Origin: a virus
Taxonomy: Duplodnaviria; Caudoviricetes
DNA length: 64,000 bases
IMG/VR virus record: IMGVR_UViG_3300005614_000001
Coordinates: 32,001-96,000 of that record
Direction: 5' to 3' (one strand)
Made by a program: the position numbers and the translations under genes. Position 1 is the stretch's first letter. Each line of letters opens with the position of its first letter. The notes below the pieces were generated by a model. That model saw only the letters and a list, made by a program, of their open reading frames with translations. It was not told where the DNA came from and made no database searches. This document shows positions 37,514 through 45,837 of this stretch, piece after piece.

Positions 37514-37665
37514 TATTGACCTGTAGTTTGTGGAGGAGGAGTTTGTGCTGCTTTAATTGCCTGCTGTTGTTTAGAGTAACAGGACGGACACATCCCATTT
37601 ATAAGCTGGCATGATTGCATCTTATTTACACATTCCGGGATTTTACATTTTACTATTGCACACAT
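37513..37665 (-). CDS. Unlisted 50-aa Cys-rich (Zn-ribbon-like) protein
   Basis: Manual translation MCAIVKCKIPECVNKMQSCQLINGMCPSCYSKQQQAIKAAQTPPPQTTGQ; fills the gap; TAATG overlap with next gene; AAAAACCAAT leader. Confidence 0.7.
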   Translation of the reverse strand: MCAIVKCKIPECVNKMQSCQLINGMCPSCYSKQQQAIKAAQTPPPQTTGQ

Positions 37666-37676
37666 ATTATTGGTTT

Positions 37677-38204
37677 TTATTTACAGTTGCATTGGCACTT
37701 AGATAACTTGTCCAACAGAGAGTTGGCCTTCTTGTACATATCCATACTATCTACTGTATTGCAGTTATTAGAAGCTGCTACACTTCCTTCTATTAGAAGT
37801 CTTATATTACGAAGCTCATCTTTTAATCTCCCGTAGTATGCACCATTACATGAACAATGCAAGTCTATTGCCAAAAATGTTCTTTGATATTTACACATTA
37901 TTTGTGCAGTCCTCATAAACATCTTCTGCACCCAGGTAGTGTCATTTGGATAGACAGAATATTTCACTGTATAAAGCCCATCCGGTAGTTCAGTATCAGG
38001 AGCACATCCTATATTAAATACCTGGGCATTGTATATATTAACTGATTTGGGGGTAAATATAGTAGATACTTTATTAAACCCTGGAGCAGTAATTTCTATA
38101 GTTGCATTACTTATAGCTAAATGTGGGTCATATGCCGAAATGTCAGCAAGGGCCATTGAACTAAGACTATAAGTATCTACTAAGTTTAAATTAAGATTGT
38201 GCAT
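37677..38204 (-). CDS. Tail hub-like structural protein
   Basis: 175 aa; IEIT.PGF, LPDGLY.VKYSV.P; synteny. Confidence 0.6.
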   Translation of the reverse strand: MHNLNLNLVDTYSLSSMALADISAYDPHLAISNATIEITAPGFNKVSTIFTPKSVNIYNAQVFNIGCAPDTELPDGLYTVKYSVYPNDTTWVQKMFMRTAQIMCKYQRTFLAIDLHCSCNGAYYGRLKDELRNIRLLIEGSVAASNNCNTVDSMDMYKKANSLLDKLSKCQCNCK

Positions 38205-38206
38205 GA

Positions 38207-38659
38207 TTATATTTTACAAAACAAATTCCATTCATTTTGTCTTCTTGTAACTAATCCAGGGATAGATTTATGATTATCGAAATGCCACTGCAACCAATGA
38301 GGTTTTATAGTATCTAAATAACCTTTTGCATTTATTGCTTTAGCCAGAGATGATGAAGCAAAAGCTCCTCCTCCTATATTATATATCAAACTCCCCAAAG
38401 CATCTAATTGGTTCTGTGATAAAGGAACATGAATAACTTTCTGTACTATTGGGAGAACTATTTTATTTAAATGAAATAGGAGAAGTTCAGCAGCCCTATC
38501 CTTAGTTATCGGAGGATCATGTAAAGTAACTTTAGTTCCATCTTCATAGTAAGTACTACCATAACCTATTGTCGGTACTTGATTTTCATCAGGATATGGA
38601 GATGACTTAAATCCTTCAGAGAACTTTATAAGGGAGATACAGTTATTAGAGAAAGTCAT
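38207..38659 (-). CDS. Endolysin, GH24 lysozyme
   Basis: IK.SEG....PY.D....PTIGYGST; LSQNQ.DAL.SL.YNIG; GLV.RR..E..LF. Confidence 0.92.
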   Translation of the reverse strand: MTFSNNCISLIKFSEGFKSSPYPDENQVPTIGYGSTYYEDGTKVTLHDPPITKDRAAELLLFHLNKIVLPIVQKVIHVPLSQNQLDALGSLIYNIGGGAFASSSLAKAINAKGYLDTIKPHWLQWHFDNHKSIPGLVTRRQNEWNLFCKI

Positions 38660-38665
38660 TATGGT

Positions 38666-39391
38666 TTATTCAGTTTTAATCTTTCTTGCTTCTTTTAAAG
38701 CCTTTCCCATTATAAGCATTTGCTCATATGTGAAATTATTAAGTTTTAAAGTATTACATTCCCAGCAGCATGGTACACAGTTATCTTTAGTATGACCTTT
38801 TGTATTATCTTTTCTATCCAGGCCAGAAGCTTGTTCTCCACAATATTCACAAGGTTGTATAAACTTATCTACTACAAAATCCAGGGTTATATCACAATCA
38901 TAACCTTTCTTCTTGTCATATGCTTTATAAGATTGTAGCTTTGTTCTGGCTGCATCTACTATATTCCTGGGTTTTACAGCTAATTCTCTTGCTTTTATTT
39001 TTTCTTCAGGAGTTGCAGTTCTTGCAGCTTTTCTCTTTTTATTATAACATATTTTACAATCTGTTAAAAATGCAGATATTCCTGTGTGATAGTAAAACTC
39101 CTTAAGAGATTTTTCTTCTTTACATGAAACACATTGTCTTACTTCATTATTTATTTCTGGAGCTGGAGTTTTTTCTTTCTTAGCAAACTTCTCTCTCCTT
39201 TTTATATTCTTACAATCTTTACAGGTATTTGAAAAACAGTTATGTATTTTATGATAATAAAAATTATCCATTAACGGCTTTTCTATTTTACATTCTTTAC
39301 AAGTTCTAACTTCCTCTTTAGAAGTTTCTCTTTTATCAAAGGGAACCTGAGCTTCTGATAGTTGTGTTTGAAAACTTTCTTTGTTGTACAT
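38666..39391 (-). CDS. Free-standing HNH homing endonuclease with tandem Zn fingers
   Basis: Two CxxC...CxxC repeats, then CEYCG...GLDRKDNTKGHTKDNCVPCCWECN. Confidence 0.85.
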   Translation of the reverse strand: MYNKESFQTQLSEAQVPFDKRETSKEEVRTCKECKIEKPLMDNFYYHKIHNCFSNTCKDCKNIKRREKFAKKEKTPAPEINNEVRQCVSCKEEKSLKEFYYHTGISAFLTDCKICYNKKRKAARTATPEEKIKARELAVKPRNIVDAARTKLQSYKAYDKKKGYDCDITLDFVVDKFIQPCEYCGEQASGLDRKDNTKGHTKDNCVPCCWECNTLKLNNFTYEQMLIMGKALKEARKIKTE

Positions 39392-39415
39392 TATAGTAAT
39401 TTTGGTTAACTACAA

Positions 39416-39445
39416 CAAAGATAAATAAAATTAATTAAAAACAAA
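39416..39445 (-). promoter_or_regulatory. sigmaA-type promoter of the HNH gene
   Basis: TTTG-N18-TATCTTTG. Confidence 0.5.
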
Positions 39446-39472
39446 ACTTTATTTAAAATATTTATGGAAATT

Positions 39473-39515
39473 AAAAAGGGTAGAAGGTTTAGGTTGAACC
39501 CTCCTTCTACCCCTT
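39473..39515 (-). terminator. Intrinsic terminator after auxiliary capsid gene
   Basis: GGGTAGAAGG...CCTTCTACCC followed by TTTTT. Confidence 0.75.
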
Positions 39516-39547
39516 CAGGTATAAGCTTTAATGTATTAGATTTAATT

Positions 39548-40675
39548 CTATGGGATGAAAATTGTTGTGGTGCTACTTGTTGAGGTCGTACTTGTTGAGG
39601 TAGAAGTGGTTGTAGTAAAGTTATTACCAGTTTCATCTACCGGAGTACCGAAGAATGCTGTAAGGACAGCTATAGTACCTGCATTCTGACCTGTTGGGTT
39701 GAATATCAGAACTTCTTCATCTAATGGAACACCCATGCTCCAGTTGATATTTTCAGGAGAGTCAAACTTAAGATAGTATTGATCGTAGAAAGTACCTGCT
39801 GTTACATAGCTAACTGTATTAGGGTTAGCATTGTTGAAGATATCCCATTTGAATAGTTCTTTACCCTGGGCACCTTGGTTATAAGACCACAAGTTACGTT
39901 CTACCTGTGCTACCTGACCAGACTCACCACTTAAGAAAGTAGCACGTTGGAGGATAGTTACAGTAGCTGCCTGGTTACAGTTATCCCATACATTGTAATC
40001 CTGGGTTGTTTCAGGACCTGCATAGCAGAATGCCCAGAAGTCCATACGATCATATTCATAAGGGAATGCTGAAGGATCACAACGAGTACCATCTTTTGCA
40101 AGAGGGATACCTACCAGACTGAGTACTGAGTTAGTACCTGTACCTGTACGTGAAGCAAATATAAACTGTGATACTAAAACATCAGCATTTATCTTTGCTA
40201 CAAATTCATCTACTAGTGCTGTAGGGTCAAGTTCTGTACATGGTGAAGTACCACATGCACAACATGGAGCCTGTACAGTGTATGAACGTGTAAGGCCATT
40301 GAAGAAACCTGTACGTATATAGAATGATGTAAGACGCAGAGATACTGTTATGGTTTCACCACAAAGAATATTGAAGTTACCTATGGTAGTAATCTGTACC
40401 TGTGCTGTACTGTGAGCTGTCATTTTATACCAGTCACGTACATTTTTCAGATATATTTTATCCGATTTCTTACTGCCAACTCCCGGCAGTGATTCTATTC
40501 TACCTTGAGCAAGGTATACATATGGTTGAGCTGCCACATTAGCTGCAGTAGCCGGAGTAAAATCTGGTTTAAACACCCCAAATTGAGCTGCTGTCAGATC
40601 TGCAGTACTACCTGTTGTAGGAAGGGTATTGCTGGTAGGGAGAATAAAAAGTGTAGGCAGTGAGAATCCACTCAT
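39548..40675 (-). CDS. Conserved crAss-like structural (auxiliary capsid-type) protein
   Basis: 375 aa; third gene after MCP; CGT-rich codon usage like MCP; Thr/Ser tail. Confidence 0.65.
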   Translation of the reverse strand: MSGFSLPTLFILPTSNTLPTTGSTADLTAAQFGVFKPDFTPATAANVAAQPYVYLAQGRIESLPGVGSKKSDKIYLKNVRDWYKMTAHSTAQVQITTIGNFNILCGETITVSLRLTSFYIRTGFFNGLTRSYTVQAPCCACGTSPCTELDPTALVDEFVAKINADVLVSQFIFASRTGTGTNSVLSLVGIPLAKDGTRCDPSAFPYEYDRMDFWAFCYAGPETTQDYNVWDNCNQAATVTILQRATFLSGESGQVAQVERNLWSYNQGAQGKELFKWDIFNNANPNTVSYVTAGTFYDQYYLKFDSPENINWSMGVPLDEEVLIFNPTGQNAGTIAVLTAFFGTPVDETGNNFTTTTSTSTSTTSTSSTTTIFIP

Positions 40676-40700
40676 TTTAAAGTTTATTTAAGGCGTGATG

Positions 40701-41429
40701 TTATTCATTATTTTTATTTCTTATCTGGTCATATTGCACTACAGGAATATTTCCTGTATCCATTGCCAGTTCCAGAACAGTCAAGTCAAGCAGTTCATCT
40801 GCTAAATATTCAACAAGTTCACAGTCCTGTGTGGATGATGGAGTACCATCGAAATGTATATAACCTTCAAAGTCTATTTTCTGTGGGTATCTTAAGTAGT
40901 TCAGATAAATATTATCTACTACAAAATCCCCTGCAGGGTCATTACTATATACTATTATATTGTTTGAAGAAATGATTGCCATTGTCTCCTGGTATAAGAA
41001 TGATGGTACAAAGTGATTGTTAGCCATCATAGTGAATAAATCACCATGCCTTATTACCCTTTCAATATATATAGTTCTGTTTGTACAATTTCCCCTACTG
41101 CATTCTGCATACATTTCCAGGGGAATAAAGTACTCATGTTTTAAAGTACTTATATCTGCCTGGTAGCTGGTGTGGGTTTCATCTGTTTTTTGAACCCCCA
41201 TCTTTTCAAATGGCACTGCAAGATTTTGTACATCTTCATACCTTTTCTTGAAGCCATCCAGCCCAATCCCCAATGTATTGTTTGGGTCCAGCTTTTTCTT
41301 TACCAGTTTTATCTGCCCTTCATTTAATGCAAGGACTTTATTTTCAAGAGGTATGCTCTGGAAATCATTTGAGGACAATTTATTTAGCCTCATATCTAAC
41401 TTATAGAGCAGCTCTGTTACTGCTATCAT
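40701..41429 (-). CDS. Ring/neck protein (conserved gene downstream of MCP)
   Basis: 242 aa; LNK..S..., LNE.Q, YLRYP, CEL motifs; synteny. Confidence 0.6.
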   Translation of the reverse strand: MIAVTELLYKLDMRLNKLSSNDFQSIPLENKVLALNEGQIKLVKKKLDPNNTLGIGLDGFKKRYEDVQNLAVPFEKMGVQKTDETHTSYQADISTLKHEYFIPLEMYAECSRGNCTNRTIYIERVIRHGDLFTMMANNHFVPSFLYQETMAIISSNNIIVYSNDPAGDFVVDNIYLNYLRYPQKIDFEGYIHFDGTPSSTQDCELVEYLADELLDLTVLELAMDTGNIPVVQYDQIRNKNNE

Positions 41430-41432
41430 ACT

Positions 41433-42401
41433 TTATGCATCTGCTAACTTAGCTGTTTTTACTTTCTCTTCCAGGGCTATGAGGTCCTCCTGTCTGCGTG
41501 GAGATGATAGGATCCCAATCCATTCTTCTTCATCTTTAGCTATTTCATTTTGACCTTCATAAAGCAAGCCATTCTTTAACCTATAGATGTTGTAATGGAA
41601 TGCTTCCTTCACCAGGTAGCGAATATTTAGGTTTTCATCTGCCATAGAAACTACTTTATTAAACAGATCCAGGTTACGGGATTTATTACCGTCCCTTTGT
41701 GTAGATTCTTTTATAAAGGTATCTATGGTGTTGTATACTACAGATTCTTTTGTATTATGGGAAACCGGGAGTCCAAGAAGTTTAGCTACTTTTTTCTGCC
41801 TGTCAGGGTTCATGCCATCCAGGGTTGCAATAGCTTTATTTATAAGTGTTTTTTGCTTATAAGCTATTTCTGTTTCAAAGTCTTCATCATCTATAAAGTG
41901 CTGAACTTTATCAACATTCTTTATCCTTCCCGAAAGATAGGCTTGATGTGAAGGTGCTATTTCCGGGTGGACCCTAAGCCATGCATAAGTGATTGCATCC
42001 TGCAGATCATCAAAGCGGAATATATTTACTCCATCTAGCATCTTATAAAGCTTTGCCCTTGTTGGTTGACCAAACTCATCATCATACATCTTTGTATAAT
42101 AATCACTGCGAGGTCCAAGATCAAAACCAGCCATAGCTTCTAATTCAGCTTTGAGGTCTGTAACCCTTGCTTTCTCCTGCTCTGCTTCTTCCGGGTGGAG
42201 TTTTTCCAACTGTTTGATATATAGAGCATTAGGATCTAAACCAGTACGATATTCACCATTCTTTTCTTTATAAGGAACAAATGTCTTCCCTGTTCCCGGA
42301 ATGCGTGTATACCCTTCTCTTGCAAGGCTACCTACAAGTGTCTGAGCCATACTTGAGCTATACTCATGCTTAATGGAAGTGATCTTTCCAACTTTTCCCA
42401 T
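41433..42401 (-). CDS. Conserved protein immediately downstream of MCP
   Basis: 322 aa; YRTGLD, WLRVHP.IA; synteny. Confidence 0.6.
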   Translation of the reverse strand: MGKVGKITSIKHEYSSSMAQTLVGSLAREGYTRIPGTGKTFVPYKEKNGEYRTGLDPNALYIKQLEKLHPEEAEQEKARVTDLKAELEAMAGFDLGPRSDYYTKMYDDEFGQPTRAKLYKMLDGVNIFRFDDLQDAITYAWLRVHPEIAPSHQAYLSGRIKNVDKVQHFIDDEDFETEIAYKQKTLINKAIATLDGMNPDRQKKVAKLLGLPVSHNTKESVVYNTIDTFIKESTQRDGNKSRNLDLFNKVVSMADENLNIRYLVKEAFHYNIYRLKNGLLYEGQNEIAKDEEEWIGILSSPRRQEDLIALEEKVKTAKLADA

Positions 42402-42562
42402 AATGTAGTTCTTTACTTTGGTTTTTTATTTACTAGTTCCTACTACAGTCTCACTCTGCACGGAGATTACTATTCGATAGCTCTCTGTAGGATTGGATAT
42501 TTCTTACTGAATAGTTTTACTACTATTGGCTTACTCTATCCTGAATTTATTTAAATAAAGTT

Positions 42563-42609
42563 GAAAAGGGGCCCTCAAGAGAGGGAGGTGTAAGAGGGCT
42601 ACCCTTTTC
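42563..42609 (-). terminator. Terminator/attenuator hairpin after MCP
   Basis: GAAAAGGGTAGCCCTC-loop-GAGGGCCCCTTTTC. Confidence 0.6.
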
Positions 42610-42619
42610 GATGGTATTA

Positions 42620-44170
42620 TTAGTCTGTTGGCAGTTCTTCGATTATTACTGTACGAGAGAGATCTTCTACGAATAGATCACAGCGATCTTCCATCCACAG
42701 TTTATAACCAGGGAACATATTAGCTGAACTCATACCCTGAGAAGCAGCAAAACCTAAGTGATGGGCACGACCATCTACATAACCCCAAGTCATTGATGGA
42801 GCTGCTTCATGGCGTACTTCACGAATGTTATTTTTAGGAGTACCATCACCTTCAGGAGAGATGTCAAATACCAGGTAGAGAGGAGCAGATTTTTTGTTCT
42901 GACCATATTCTACGTTAGTCTGTGGTTCATCTAATTCACGAAGATGTATAAGTTCTATCCTACCAGTTTCCATGGTTACTGCACCTTCAAAGGCATAGTC
43001 TACTACCATGTTCTGACCACTGCCCTGGATAAAGCGATTATCCATTATGATGGTGAAACCTGAGTTTAATGCATCTTTCTTTAAAGCCTGGCGGAAAGTT
43101 TCTATACCACTTTCATTAGTGTATACTTTAACTCTACGATCTTTAATATCTACACGACGATAGAACAAGTCACCATAAACATTACGCATAATGTTGATAG
43201 AGAACTCACCACGGTTATACTGTACCAGATTACCATTATTACGCATCTTGTAGTACAAACCTTCTACTGCTTTTTTCAGTTCCTGTTTGCCACCATGATC
43301 TTTACCATAACCAGGTTTACCCCAGATCATACGAGATACACGAAGGTCTAACATTTCCTTACGCATCTCCTGTTCTACAAATGGCTCCCAGCGAACATCC
43401 AGAATTTGTGGTTTAGCCATTTCATTGTTACGGTATTTTGCATATACCATTACATCTAGTGGTTTACCATCTTTACCATACCTCATCTGGCGATGATCTG
43501 CCCATTTAGTGATGGTATGTTCTTTACCATATGCTGCAGAAAGGGATTCATACAGGGTAATTTTCTGACCTAATTCACGCAGACCAGATAGCTGTTCTGT
43601 GAATTCACCAACCAGGGTATCAATATAGATAAGGTTCAGACCTACCTGCAGCCATTGAGGAGCTACATATTCTGTTAGTGGGGTCTTTGATAAAAGAGAG
43701 CAAGTGTATAACCAGCCATTATATACTGGTTTTGGATCACCTATTATGTAAAAGTTCTGACCATAACGACGATCTGAAGTTATTACATCATTAGCAAAGA
43801 ATGATTTACGACTAACTATTATCTCAAATGTCTGACCATCTATACCTGGCTTGGTAAGGGAAAGTGTAGACTGAGGTATTTCTACTATTGTAGGAAAGGT
43901 ATAAGGTACATTGATGTCCCATTGCCAATAGTCAGAGTTACCCTTCAGGAAATAAGGAGTGGAGTTGTCTATCATCTGCAGAAAGTCATTAGAGTATAAT
44001 GCTGTCTGAGTGTAGAGACTAATGATCTTTTTATCATAATCATTAGGCTCCATCTGGTGAAGGGAAGAAAGGTGATTTGTATCAGTTAGCTTGCCGATAG
44101 CCCTTGAGTCCAATGAGGATACACGGGTAGCTTCATAACCTACAAAGCCAGGTACTTGAGATAAGGCCAT
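42620..44170 (-). CDS. Major capsid protein
   Basis: 516 aa; LTDTNHL, PGIDGQ.F, order portal-scaffold-MCP, strong codon bias. Confidence 0.85.
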   Translation of the reverse strand: MALSQVPGFVGYEATRVSSLDSRAIGKLTDTNHLSSLHQMEPNDYDKKIISLYTQTALYSNDFLQMIDNSTPYFLKGNSDYWQWDINVPYTFPTIVEIPQSTLSLTKPGIDGQTFEIIVSRKSFFANDVITSDRRYGQNFYIIGDPKPVYNGWLYTCSLLSKTPLTEYVAPQWLQVGLNLIYIDTLVGEFTEQLSGLRELGQKITLYESLSAAYGKEHTITKWADHRQMRYGKDGKPLDVMVYAKYRNNEMAKPQILDVRWEPFVEQEMRKEMLDLRVSRMIWGKPGYGKDHGGKQELKKAVEGLYYKMRNNGNLVQYNRGEFSINIMRNVYGDLFYRRVDIKDRRVKVYTNESGIETFRQALKKDALNSGFTIIMDNRFIQGSGQNMVVDYAFEGAVTMETGRIELIHLRELDEPQTNVEYGQNKKSAPLYLVFDISPEGDGTPKNNIREVRHEAAPSMTWGYVDGRAHHLGFAASQGMSSANMFPGYKLWMEDRCDLFVEDLSRTVIIEELPTD

Positions 44171-44183
44171 GTTTCTTTATTAT

Positions 44184-45386
44184 TTATTTTGAAGTATCAA
44201 AAAATGAACCTGATGCAGGGAAAGTTTTCTGTGTTTTCTTTACAGTCTTCTCTGAACGGGTGAGATTATTAAATAGTTGTTCGTTCTTTTGGGAAATTGC
44301 TTTGGTCTTTATCTTTGAGAAATCCCAGTTGTTATGTGCCAGGAGGGCAATCTTAACTTTGGTTTCATGATTTTCAGGTTTACGTAAATCCAGGATCATT
44401 TTATCAAAGTCTGTAAGTAGTTCCCCTGAAGGTAGCTTCCACTTTTCTGTGGTGAGCATATCGAAGGTTTCTCTGGCTACTTTATCTGTTACCGGGATAC
44501 CATCAAAATCTTTAGCTTTTAGTTTTGCAGAAAGGATGTTATTAAAAGATTGTGTTGTCTGCTGCTTCATTTTTAATTTCTGCTGCTGTTCAATCTTCGC
44601 CTGCTCCTGCATTTCCTGTAGTTCTTCTTCTTCTTGTTCTACTAATTTCTCATGAACAACTGAAGCTTCATCTTCCAGGTCTGCTGTATTCTTTAAGTTT
44701 TCTATTTTCTTATCTATCCTTTCTTTCTTCCAGCCAAGGCGAGTATAGTATTCTTTTACTATCTTCTCCTGGTTATCTTCAGTAGAAAGGTCCAATCCTT
44801 TTACAGATTCTAATTCTAAGAACTGGGAAATATAATCCTGTGGTTTTACACCATCTACAAAAATGGCCTGGAAGGCTTCTGCTCCAAGTTCGCCATGGGT
44901 ATTAGAGATTATATCATATATCCCCTGCCATTTAGCTTTTTGTTTTTCTTTATTCCACCTTTCAGCAAACTGTTCAGGAGTAGTGATTTCAGCTTCTTCC
45001 TCTCCTTCTGTTTCTGTGAATATTCCAAGATCAGAAAGGTCCTTTGCTAAAGATGAAAAGTTAGTGCCTGTAGAGGTATCTATATTTTCAGTTTGCTCCT
45101 GGCTTTCCTCACCTTCTTCTGTTTCAGATTCTTCAGCATCTTCTTCATTTAAAAGAAGAGAGGTGATAACTTCCTCACTTTGTTCCTGTGAAAGAGTAGC
45201 AGTTTCCTTTGCAGCTTCTTCAGGTTTAGCACCTTTTGGAGCTTTCTTTTTTGTATCAGGAGTTTCTGCTATAGGAGTAACCTCTGCAGGATTTTCTGTA
45301 CCAGTCCCTGAATCACCCAAGATAAGATCAGTGATGTATTCAGTTTCCACGATACCAAAGGTGTTCTGTGGAACTTCATTTCCCAT
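44184..45386 (-). CDS. Acidic coiled-coil protein upstream of MCP (putative scaffold)
   Basis: 400 aa, Glu-rich N-terminus, coiled coil; synteny. Confidence 0.6.
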   Translation of the reverse strand: MGNEVPQNTFGIVETEYITDLILGDSGTGTENPAEVTPIAETPDTKKKAPKGAKPEEAAKETATLSQEQSEEVITSLLLNEEDAEESETEEGEESQEQTENIDTSTGTNFSSLAKDLSDLGIFTETEGEEEAEITTPEQFAERWNKEKQKAKWQGIYDIISNTHGELGAEAFQAIFVDGVKPQDYISQFLELESVKGLDLSTEDNQEKIVKEYYTRLGWKKERIDKKIENLKNTADLEDEASVVHEKLVEQEEEELQEMQEQAKIEQQQKLKMKQQTTQSFNNILSAKLKAKDFDGIPVTDKVARETFDMLTTEKWKLPSGELLTDFDKMILDLRKPENHETKVKIALLAHNNWDFSKIKTKAISQKNEQLFNNLTRSEKTVKKTQKTFPASGSFFDTSK

Positions 45387-45416
45387 ATGTAATTGGATTA
45401 GATTGGTTTGTAATGG

Positions 45417-45447
45417 TAAAGCTATGTAAATAATTTATATTTACAAA
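45417..45447 (-). promoter_or_regulatory. sigmaA-like promoter variant for the capsid operon
   Basis: TTTG-N19-TAGCTTTA. Confidence 0.5.
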
Positions 45448-45469
45448 ACTTTTAATAGGTAATGAGTTG

Positions 45470-45509
45470 AAAAAAGGGCGATTATATAGCATTAATATAA
45501 TCATCCCTT
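45470..45509 (-). terminator. Terminator hairpin containing the TAATGCTATATAAT motif
   Basis: AAGGGATGATTATAT-TAATGCT-ATATAATCGCCCTTTTTT. Confidence 0.55.
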
Positions 45510-45516
45510 AATTTTA

Positions 45517-45819
45517 TTATAATATTTTTTCATCTTCTTCATTATCGGGGAGAATTACCATCCCTGGAAGGTCATCATAGTCTGCATGTTCTATCTTTTG
45601 AAAGAACTCCTGCAGTGATTCCTTTATTACCATGTTAGTCCTCTCATCATAGAATGAAAGAATTGTCTTTGAGTTATTCATTTTATAGAACTCTTTTACA
45701 TCTTCACTCCTGATGAATGTCTCCGCCCAATAGAAGTCTTCTTCTTTAGGATCTACCCCGAGTGCTATGAGCTTTTCATCCTGGTCTACTCTATAGGCTT
45801 TACAGCTTATCCACGGCAT
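45517..45819 (-). CDS. Hypothetical protein
   Basis: 100 aa, in operon context. Confidence 0.65.
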   Translation of the reverse strand: MPWISCKAYRVDQDEKLIALGVDPKEEDFYWAETFIRSEDVKEFYKMNNSKTILSFYDERTNMVIKESLQEFFQKIEHADYDDLPGMVILPDNEEDEKIL

Positions 45820-45837
45820 AATTTTATATTTAATAGT

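Noticed and set aside
39406-39636. 76-aa ORF as a frameshift extension of the auxiliary capsid protein
   Set aside because: It runs through a terminator and a promoter, has no convincing slippery site, and is low complexity.
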